Origin: an uncultured Bacteroidales bacterium
GTDB lineage: Bacteria > Bacteroidota > Bacteroidia > Bacteroidales > UBA3824
Direction of reading: 5' to 3'
Length of the DNA: 64,000 nt
Assembly: GCA_946409405.1 (NCBI GenBank)
Contig: CAMJWL010000001.1
Location: 310-64,309, forward strand
The notes under the pieces were generated by a model. That model saw nothing but the letters and a program-made list of their open reading frames with translations. It had not been told where the DNA came from and made no database searches. The translations under genes were made by a program, and so were the position numbers. Below, piece after piece: positions 8,328 through 15,203 of the stretch (positions are counted from its first letter, which is position 1; every line of letters starts with the position of its first letter).

Positions 8328-10118
8328 TTAGTTAGTTAATAATTGTTTCTTGTATTCTTTGAGTTTCGACATTTTTGCGTCAAACTCCTGTTGTGATTGC
8401 TGTTGTTTGCGCTTCAAGTCATCAAGCGCATTGTTCATTTGGTCGAAAGTCTCCTGAACTTCGTTGCAAAGCGACTGCCTGATAGCGTCCACCACGGCGG
8501 CAGAAATCCTTTGCATTTCGCTCTTGAACTGCGGCAACAATGTGTTGTCCAAGTAGTTGTGGATGGCACGGCGGCGTTGCGGCTTACCCATAGTCTTGTC
8601 CGTTACCCAACCTACGGCGGATTCGATGATACCCTTGTTTTGTCCAAGTTGCTGACCGACATTTTGGTTGTAGTTTTCGATGGCGGTGTGCTGCTGATTG
8701 TAGTTTTTCTGCAACTGTTCCATCCGAGACATTGTTTTTTGGTTGGATGCAATGGAAGCAACATCTGTTACTGTGTCTGCTACGTCCGCTGCTGTGTCTA
8801 TCGCTGCCGCCGCCCCACCTGCTGCCGCTGCTGTTCCTGCCGTTGCAGCTACAAGTATCGCGGTTCCTGCCACTTTAACGCCATTTGCAATCCAATTGTC
8901 GTACTCGTGCCCCGCGCTGTTCAAATCGACGTTGTACGAAATGCCCGAAATTTGCAGACCGTTCATGTCGAGGTTTTCTATCGTGCGGAGTGTCAGGCTG
9001 TCGTCGGAGTTTCGCGTTTGGCGAGCCTTTTCGGTCAGAATGTTTTGGACACTGAGTTTAAAGTCGTTAAGCAACAAAGAAGATGTGTTGTTGATGGCGT
9101 TAACTGCCTCTGCGTCATAGTTTTTGCTGCTGCCAGTCGCAATGGCTTCGAGCCTTGCAAAGATTTCGTCCTCAAAGCGGTGCGAAATATCCCGTTTCAA
9201 TTTGTCGACGTTTGATGCCATCGAATCCACGAGTTTGTCTATTTTGCGGTGAAAATCCTCCAAATCGCGTTTCTGACGACGCACTGCCTCGTCAAAACCG
9301 CCCTCTACGGCGGTAGAGGCAATGAGTTGGTCGATGCGCTCTGCCAACGACTTTGTGAGGTTGGCTGTCCTCTGTTCACAAACTTTTTTCAAGATAGAGT
9401 TTTTGTCCGTCTGAATCTTTGCAAACAGCGCGTACATCTCGTCCAAATCGCCTTTGTCAGCAGATACGCACGCAATCTGATTGATTGGAATGTTGCAGTT
9501 TTTGCCAATGTATTCTTTTGCCGCCTTTACGTCCGCTGGCGACTTGGTGTCGCACTTTGTTATAATGAGATATACGGGACGTTTAGACAGTTCGGACTCC
9601 TTGATGAAGTCGGTCAACGATTTGGTAATCTGTTGGTTGACATCAACGGTCAGGAATATGCCGTCCGCTTGTGGCAGAAAGTCTGTGAGGACTTCGCGGT
9701 GTTTCCTTTCGGGTGACGAAAGACCGGGTGTATCCACTATTACCGTTGATGAAGGAACTTTGGTAGATGTGTCGAATACATTGATGATTTGTGCGTCCTT
9801 GTACACGTCGTTTTTAAGGTCGGCAATGTCGTCAACCTGAGTTTCTTTGCCGTCTTCAAAAACCGTTGCGCAACACTTTTCGCATCCAAAATGGATTACG
9901 TAAATTGTTGCAGTAGTGGGTTTTGTAGCCGTTTCCAACTTTTTGCTGTCGGTCAGGGCGTTAATCAGGGACGTTTTGCCCGATGAAAATTCGCCCACCA
10001 ATGGCAGTACCAAAAGGCTGTTTTCGTCAGAGAGTTTTTTGCTGACGTTTTCTGCCTCCGCCGTCAAATCAGAAAATCCCAATTCTTGGGAGATTTCCAA
10101 GATTTTGTCTATGTTCAT
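8328..10118 (-). CDS. dynamin-like GTPase A with an internal Ala/Gly-rich hydrophobic paddle
   Basis: G1 VGEFSSGKTS (nt 9969-9998 checked by hand), PTTATIY, G3 DTPGLSS, G4 ITKCD. A hydrophobic segment (VKVAGTAILVAATAGTAAAAGGAAAAI) sits within the stalk. Confidence 0.85.
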   Translation of the reverse strand: MNIDKILEISQELGFSDLTAEAENVSKKLSDENSLLVLPLVGEFSSGKTSLINALTDSKKLETATKPTTATIYVIHFGCEKCCATVFEDGKETQVDDIADLKNDVYKDAQIINVFDTSTKVPSSTVIVDTPGLSSPERKHREVLTDFLPQADGIFLTVDVNQQITKSLTDFIKESELSKRPVYLIITKCDTKSPADVKAAKEYIGKNCNIPINQIACVSADKGDLDEMYALFAKIQTDKNSILKKVCEQRTANLTKSLAERIDQLIASTAVEGGFDEAVRRQKRDLEDFHRKIDKLVDSMASNVDKLKRDISHRFEDEIFARLEAIATGSSKNYDAEAVNAINNTSSLLLNDFKLSVQNILTEKARQTRNSDDSLTLRTIENLDMNGLQISGISYNVDLNSAGHEYDNWIANGVKVAGTAILVAATAGTAAAAGGAAAAIDTAADVADTVTDVASIASNQKTMSRMEQLQKNYNQQHTAIENYNQNVGQQLGQNKGIIESAVGWVTDKTMGKPQRRRAIHNYLDNTLLPQFKSEMQRISAAVVDAIRQSLCNEVQETFDQMNNALDDLKRKQQQSQQEFDAKMSKLKEYKKQLLTN

Positions 10119-10183
10119 ACTATGGTTTAGTTAAGTGTATCCTAAAATTTGCCTTTTCTCTGACCTCGTTGTGAAAGGAAAAA

Positions 10184-10206
10184 TTTACCAGATTTTGCCT
10201 ACAAAG
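10184..10206 (+). repeat. copy 1 of the 22-23-nt motif TTTACCAGATTTT(G)CCTACAA(A/G)G
   Basis: tttaccagattttgcctacaaag, preceded by AAAAA as in copy 2. It lies between the small ORF stop (10262) and the DLP-A start (10118). Confidence 0.85.
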
Positions 10207-10261
10207 AGAAAGTCAATTTTCTTATTGTTTCGCTGCAAAAATTTTGCCGATTCTTGCGGTT

Positions 10262-10483
10262 TTAGCCGATTCTTTCCGATTCCAAAATCACTCCGTTCAA
10301 TGCCCGCATCTCCTGCAAATCCACGCCATAGACGCGCAGGAAGGCATCGCGGACGAGTTGACCTCCGTTGATTAGAATGGGATCGGCGAGAATCATCGAC
10401 GACACTTGGACGCTCATACCAGGTTCAAGTACCTGACCAGCAGTGTACCATTGTTTCTTTACTGTTATTTTGTACAGTGCCAT
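10262..10483 (-). CDS. small conserved-looking protein (73 aa; possibly the Bacteroidales DUF6140-type family, unverified)
   Basis: I place the start at ATG 10483 (MALYKITVKK...). The track ORF extends to 10630, but that extension covers motif copy 3 and leader sequence. The gene is same-strand, 143 nt upstream of DLP-A. Confidence 0.6.
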   Translation of the reverse strand: MALYKITVKKQWYTAGQVLEPGMSVQVSSMILADPILINGGQLVRDAFLRVYGVDLQEMRALNGVILESERIG

Positions 10484-10549
10484 AATAAGTAGGTTTAAGT
10501 AATTAAACAATTGTCCTCTGTGTACAACAAAGGCGCGAAACACCTTTAT

Positions 10550-10571
10550 CCTTGTAGGAGGCTCTGGTAAA
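10550..10571 (-). repeat. copy 3 (inverted) of the 22-nt motif
   Basis: The reverse complement reads tttaccagagcctcctacaagg. It is 19/22 identical to copy 2, differing only at three central positions. Confidence 0.85.
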
Positions 10572-10680
10572 CCTTTGTCAGAGATAAAAAGAATGGTATT
10601 CCGCGCCGAAATATATTCCGCCCACGTCAACGGGCAAAACTACTTCCATTTATATCCGCATCCGCCGCCCTGACAAAAAA

Positions 10681-10702
10681 TTTACCAGATTTTCCTACAA
10701 GG
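10681..10702 (+). repeat. copy 2 of the 22-nt motif
   Basis: tttaccagattttcctacaagg, preceded by AAAAA. It sits just downstream (minus-strand sense) of the candidate promoter at 10720-10750. Confidence 0.85.
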
Positions 10703-10719
10703 CTGCGGATTTGTTGCCG

Positions 10720-10750
10720 CAAATATAAATCCAAAGAACGGAATACCAAA
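10720..10750 (-). promoter_or_regulatory. candidate Bacteroidetes sigma-AB-type promoter (TTTG-N19-TATATTTG) reading toward the small ORF and the dynamin module
   Basis: On the minus strand: TTTG (10750-10747), a 19-nt spacer, then TATATTTG (10727-10720). This matches the published Bacteroides -33/-7 consensus TTTG / TAnnTTTG. Confidence 0.5.
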
Positions 10751-10923
10751 ATTTTTTTGCAACTTTTTTAGTCACAAATTTTGTTACAAAGAAAATGCAA
10801 GTTTTTCAGCCCTCAAAATTTTTTGCCGTGGTTTTATGTTTTTTGTCGGTATTTAGTAAAAAATCATACTAAATACTGAAACCTGTGAAAATTTTTATAT
10901 CTTTGCGCCAAAATCCACCGACA

Positions 10924-12267
10924 ATGATACCAAACGACTTCATCTCAGACCTCAACGCCATCAACCGTACCTATCTGTTTTTCAACGACAGAAAGGAGTT
11001 GGAAGATTTTACGGGCATTATTTTTTCCTACAACAATACTGCTGCAAAGGCAAGTTTTGAAAGGCGATACACAGCCTTTCAAAAACTCGCCGCTGATGCC
11101 AAAAAGATATGCGGCATCGACCTGAAGCAATTGCTCGAAATCTATGCGGAATTATCCGAAACGATAGCGACAGAAAAGCCGTCAATGTTTAAGAAATCAA
11201 GTATTTACGAACTATTGGATTCTTTCATATTTGATGATGAAATTGCGGATTATAGTCTCAGAATGGCGGTTAGGATTTTGATTATGACTAAACATTTGCC
11301 AAAATTCACTTCGCACAAGGGCCCGGCGGAAAACTTGTTGGGGGATTTTGAAAAGTTTTATGCTTTGATGGACGATTATTGCAAGGTTACCGGCAAAATT
11401 ACGTATGGTTATATCGACATTCACCGTGAAGCTTTGTATGCGGCAGATACAAAAAAATTGTCGAGGATAATGCTGATTTCTATTGCGGCGGATGTGTTGT
11501 TGACGATTCGCAATTACAACAATGAAAAGTCCAAATATGCCGCTGTCGCAAAGTTCCGAAACGAAGTCTATGATTTGACCGGCATTTATTGTAATTATGA
11601 CGGAGACAACACCCGCGATTTTTGGCTCTTGGAATATGACGACGATGAGCGCAAAAACTATTTCCTGTCGCATTATGTAAAAGTAGATGAGCATTATGAA
11701 TATACTATATATCAGATGTTTATAAGAGATTTTCGCGGATTGAATCATTTCACAATAATGAGCGAAAAATACGCCCGAAAATGGTGTGAAAACGGTTATT
11801 CACAAGATGAAGAAGCCTCGTTTTGGGTTGATTTTTCTCGCAAGCCTACCAATATTTACAAATCTGACGACAAGACAATCAAAAAACTCTCCTTCGACCG
11901 TGTCAGCAGCATGGGATTCGACATCAATTTGACTGAACTTTACCGTGTGGAAAATTCAGACCCTTACGTGAAATTAATCGAAAATGCCGTCTTGACCACC
12001 GACCCTAAATATCTATACTTCAAGTCTGGCAAACTCACTGCCATAACGGAGGATTATTTGTATTTTGATTTGCCCGACGATGTCCGCGCCGCACTCAATA
12101 CAAATCAGACCTCTATAAAAATCCGCCGCGAAAATGAATTAGCGTGTTATGACAGCATCAATTCTGATGTTTGTTTCGCGGTGTTTGCCGATGGTGCGGT
12201 GTATTTGGCGTTTTACAATTTAAACAAGTTTTACGATGTGAAGGAGTTTATTGACTGTATTCATTGA
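10924..12267 (+). CDS. hypothetical protein (447 aa), no recognisable domain
   Basis: Long ORF. The ATG at 10924 is preferred over the GTG at 10885 because a TAtcTTTG -7-like box (about 10897-10904) lies between them. A bidirectional terminator follows the gene. Confidence 0.7.
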   Translation: MIPNDFISDLNAINRTYLFFNDRKELEDFTGIIFSYNNTAAKASFERRYTAFQKLAADAKKICGIDLKQLLEIYAELSETIATEKPSMFKKSSIYELLDSFIFDDEIADYSLRMAVRILIMTKHLPKFTSHKGPAENLLGDFEKFYALMDDYCKVTGKITYGYIDIHREALYAADTKKLSRIMLISIAADVLLTIRNYNNEKSKYAAVAKFRNEVYDLTGIYCNYDGDNTRDFWLLEYDDDERKNYFLSHYVKVDEHYEYTIYQMFIRDFRGLNHFTIMSEKYARKWCENGYSQDEEASFWVDFSRKPTNIYKSDDKTIKKLSFDRVSSMGFDINLTELYRVENSDPYVKLIENAVLTTDPKYLYFKSGKLTAITEDYLYFDLPDDVRAALNTNQTSIKIRRENELACYDSINSDVCFAVFADGAVYLAFYNLNKFYDVKEFIDCIH

Positions 12268-12271
12268 TGAT

Positions 12272-12317
12272 AAAAAAAAGCCCAGAACGATGCTTCTAAA
12301 CATCTTCTGGGCTTTTT
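12272..12317. terminator. bidirectional rho-independent terminator shared by the 447-aa gene (+) and htpG (-)
   Basis: A 9-bp stem AGCCCAGAA / TTCTGGGCT is flanked by A8 on the left and T5 on the right. Confidence 0.7.
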
Positions 12318-12345
12318 GTATGTAGGCTCTGAATATTAAAAATAA

Positions 12346-14409
12346 TTATTTTCCTATCAGTTCCACGCTGCGCTTAACAAACTTCGTGAGGTCTTCGCCA
12401 CGGAGCATATTATTGGCGAGGAGGGCGAGGTCGATGAGCTGTTTTACGAGCTTGTTGCCATTGGCAAAGTTCTCAAACAGTGCCTTGCGGCGGGTCTCGA
12501 TGTCGGAGATTTTCTTTTGGAGTTCCGATTTCTTGTCCTTCTCCTCGGTGGAGATTTCCTCGTCTTTCTTGTCCTTGGTGAGTTTTTCGAGGCTGTCGAG
12601 GTCCGATTTGAGCGGTGCGAGTTCTTTTTCGAGACCTGACACTTCGTCAGCGGTGGCAGCCTTGGCGTCGGCGATGAGCTGCTTTACGAGCGGGTGCGCT
12701 TCGTTGACCACGAGGTTGAGATTGTCGGGCAGGTTGTTGTAGAAGCTTGCCTCGGGACCGCCGAGTTTGCCCATGTCTTTCATACGGCGCATAAATTCGC
12801 TCTGTGTGATTATGACAGGCATATCGTCGGCAGAGAGTGTGTCAAATTCCACTGTGAAATTCTTCTTGGAATCCTTGGGCGTCTGGCTGTCGAAGATGGC
12901 TGAATAGTCCTTCTTCTCTGCGTCGGTGAGTTGCGAAACGGGGTTGTCGTCCTTGCGGATGAGCTTGTCCAACGTGTCGGAATCCACGCGCATGAAACGG
13001 ATGTCCTGGTTTTTCTGCTCGATTTGGTTGATGAAATGGGCGTCGAAAGCCGAATCCATCACCAAAACATCGTAGCCCTTCTCCTTGGCGGCGGATACAA
13101 ATGAATATTGCTCCTCCTTGTCGGTGGCGTAGAGCGCGATTACAGTCTTGTTTTTGTCGGTCTGGTTGTCCTTGATGATGTTTTTGTACTCGTCGAATGT
13201 GAAATACTTGCCCTCTGTGTTCTTGTAGAGGAAGAAGTCCTTAGCCGACTCGTAAAACTTGTCGTTGGTCAACATGCCGTACTGTATGAAGAGTTTGAGG
13301 TCGTCCCATTTCTTCTCGAAGTCGTCGCGGTGGTTCTTGAAGAGGTCGGTGAGTTTGTCCGAAACCTTCTTGGTGATGTGGTTGCTGATTTTCTTGACGT
13401 TGGAATCGCTCTGCAAGTAGCTCCTCGATACGTTCAAGGGGATGTCGGGCGAATCCAATACGCCGTGCAGCAATGTCAAGAACTCAGGTACGATGCCTTC
13501 CACGCTGTCCGTTACGAATACCTGGTTGCAGTAGAGTTGGATTTTATTCTTCTGTACTTCGAGGTTGGTGCGGATTTTGGGGAAGTAGAGTATGCCGGTG
13601 AGGTTGAACGGGTAATCGACGTTCAAGTGGATATTGAAGAGCGGATCTTCGTATGTGCCGGGGTAGAGTTTCTTGTAGAACGCCTTGTAGTCCTCGTCCT
13701 TGAGGTCGGCGGGTTTCTTGAGCCAAAGAGGTTCGGTGTCGTTTACAATCTTGTCCTTGCCGGTCTCCACGTACTTGTCGTCCTTCCATTCCTTCTCCTT
13801 GCCAAATCCGATGGCAACGGGCAGAAACATGCAATACTTTTTGAGCAGCCCCTCGATTTTGCTGTCTTCGAGGTATTCGGTAGAATCTGCGTCGATGTGG
13901 AGTATGATGTCGGTGCCGCGGTCGGTGCGGTCGGCGTCTTCCATTGTGTATTCAGGGCTGCCGTCGCAAGTCCATTTAACCGCCTTTGTGTCTGGCTGCC
14001 AGCTCTTTGTGATGATTTCTACCTTCTCTGACACCATAAATGCGGAATAGAAACCGAGGCCGAAGTGTCCGATGATGGCGTCGATTGAATCCTTGTATTT
14101 TTCGAGGAAGTCGCCGGCAGACGAGAATGCAATTTGGTTGATGTACTTGTCAACTTCTTCGGCTGTCATACCGATGCCGTGGTCTGATACGGTGATGGTC
14201 TTGGCTTCCTTGTCAACCTTCACCCTTACGGTAAGGTCGCCGAGTTCTTCTTTGAGGTCGCCCTTGCGAGCGAGTGCCTTTACTTTTGTGGTGGCGTCCA
14301 CTGCGTTGGAGACAAGCTCCCTCAGAAATATTTCTTGCTCCGAATAGAGAAATTTTTTGATTACCGGGAATATGTTTTCACTGGTAACACCTATTTTTCC
14401 TGTTGACAT
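12346..14409 (-). CDS. htpG: molecular chaperone HtpG (Hsp90)
   Basis: 687 aa with Hsp90 signatures: FLRELVSNAVDA, GIGMT, QIAFSSAGDF, GHFGLGFYSAFMV. Confidence 0.97.
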   Translation of the reverse strand: MSTGKIGVTSENIFPVIKKFLYSEQEIFLRELVSNAVDATTKVKALARKGDLKEELGDLTVRVKVDKEAKTITVSDHGIGMTAEEVDKYINQIAFSSAGDFLEKYKDSIDAIIGHFGLGFYSAFMVSEKVEIITKSWQPDTKAVKWTCDGSPEYTMEDADRTDRGTDIILHIDADSTEYLEDSKIEGLLKKYCMFLPVAIGFGKEKEWKDDKYVETGKDKIVNDTEPLWLKKPADLKDEDYKAFYKKLYPGTYEDPLFNIHLNVDYPFNLTGILYFPKIRTNLEVQKNKIQLYCNQVFVTDSVEGIVPEFLTLLHGVLDSPDIPLNVSRSYLQSDSNVKKISNHITKKVSDKLTDLFKNHRDDFEKKWDDLKLFIQYGMLTNDKFYESAKDFFLYKNTEGKYFTFDEYKNIIKDNQTDKNKTVIALYATDKEEQYSFVSAAKEKGYDVLVMDSAFDAHFINQIEQKNQDIRFMRVDSDTLDKLIRKDDNPVSQLTDAEKKDYSAIFDSQTPKDSKKNFTVEFDTLSADDMPVIITQSEFMRRMKDMGKLGGPEASFYNNLPDNLNLVVNEAHPLVKQLIADAKAATADEVSGLEKELAPLKSDLDSLEKLTKDKKDEEISTEEKDKKSELQKKISDIETRRKALFENFANGNKLVKQLIDLALLANNMLRGEDLTKFVKRSVELIGK

Positions 14410-14557
14410 TTTTTCTTATTTAATGATTTGTTGATTATCTGATTTGTTGATTTGCAATGGTTGTGCCGAAGTGATTTTTATGACAGGATGGCAGAAGATG
14501 GCAAGTTTTTGGCAGTGCTGGTGCTGACAGATGCTGACATTTTGCCATTTGTACAAC

Positions 14558-14586
14558 AAAAAAAGCCCCGGAACTTAATCCGAGGC
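14558..14586 (-). terminator. probable terminator of the 63-aa gene
   Basis: Stem GCCCCGGA / TCCGAGGC (one mismatch), followed on the minus strand by a T7 run (A-run at 14558-14564 on plus). Confidence 0.4.
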
Positions 14587-14611
14587 TTCTTTGAGTGCGG
14601 TGCCGGAGCGT

Positions 14612-14803
14612 TTAATACAACTCCGTCGAGGGCTTGTAGGTGTTTTCTACGATGATGTAGCTTGCACTCTCGTAATGCTGTTCGTCAATCACGTTGACGG
14701 GTGCATTGTTTACCAACGTTTTCGCCCAGAGGAAGAGTTTGCTGTGCCTGTCGGCGATGCCCGTGTTGTCGGTGAAGGGCAGTTTCAATTTGATTGTTCT
14801 CAT
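14612..14803 (-). CDS. small hypothetical protein (63 aa)
   Basis: The ORF is bracketed by a candidate TTTG/TAnnTTTG promoter upstream and a hairpin plus T-run downstream. No motif recognised. Confidence 0.5.
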   Translation of the reverse strand: MRTIKLKLPFTDNTGIADRHSKLFLWAKTLVNNAPVNVIDEQHYESASYIIVENTYKPSTELY

Positions 14804-14880
14804 TTTCTTAAAAGTTTTAAAAAGTTGTTTTGAATAAAATTGTTTGTTGTTGTTTTGTAATCTGTTTTTTGATTACGTTG

Positions 14881-14912
14881 CAAAAGTATAACGATATTTT
14901 ATAACTTGCAAA
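14881..14912 (-). promoter_or_regulatory. candidate promoter TTTG-N20-TACTTTTG for the 63-aa gene
   Basis: On the minus strand: TTTG (14912-14909), a 20-nt spacer, then TACTTTTG (14888-14881). Confidence 0.4.
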
Positions 14913-15126
14913 TTTTTCTGTAATTTTTTTTCAAAAATAATATATTTTTCTATGTAATTTATATTTTGTTTTATTTTTTTATTCTTGTAGTATGGTTTAC
15001 AGATAGTTGTAGGGCATAAATTTTTATTATTTGTTAGATAGTTAAATAATGTTAACAATTTTACAAATACATTTTTATTTTTTGTGTTATAATGAAAAAA
15101 TAACGGCGCATTGGAGATTGTGTCGC

Positions 15127-15157
15127 AAAAAAAAACGCACATCTTCGGCGATGTGCG
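15127..15157 (-). terminator. rho-independent terminator of the TPR/SpoIIE gene
   Basis: 8-bp stem CGCACATC / GATGTGCG (15136-15157) with a 6-nt loop. A T9 run follows on the minus strand (A-run 15127-15135). Confidence 0.7.
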
Positions 15158-15203
15158 TGGTGGGTAGGATATTGTTTTCCAATAGGTGATAAATCGTTGG
15201 CTG

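Noticed and set aside
7213-8339. Several plus-strand ORFs (243, 139 and 118 aa and others) that are rich in S/F/L
   Set aside because: They are the reverse-complement shadow of K/E/L coiled-coil codons (AAG/GAA read backwards as CTT/TTC) within DLP-B and the 131-aa gene. Their low-complexity composition is not credible as protein.
8397-9215. 272-aa plus-strand ORF
   Set aside because: It is antisense to DLP-A, whose frame I verified by hand at the P-loop. No motifs are present.
10484-10630. N-terminal extension of the small ORF (track start at 10630) and the plus-strand ORF 10135-10371
   Set aside because: The extension runs through leader sequence containing motif copy 3 and has no start context, while MALYKITVKK at 10483 looks like the native N-terminus. 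The plus-strand ORF spans intergenic repeat DNA.
13108-14031. 307-aa plus-strand ORF (and neighbours 12386-12742, 13700-14050, 14072-14347)
   Set aside because: These are antisense to htpG and have no motifs. The HtpG frame is certain.
14804-15126. Very AT-rich 320-nt spacer with the ORFs 14873-15142 and 15061-15261, and a sigma70-like TGTTATAAT at 15085-15093
   Set aside because: The ORFs are low-complexity products of AT-rich DNA. The extended -10-like word lacks a properly spaced -35, and Bacteroidota do not use that consensus. The region is adequately explained as promoter DNA for the 63-aa gene plus the terminator of the SpoIIE gene.
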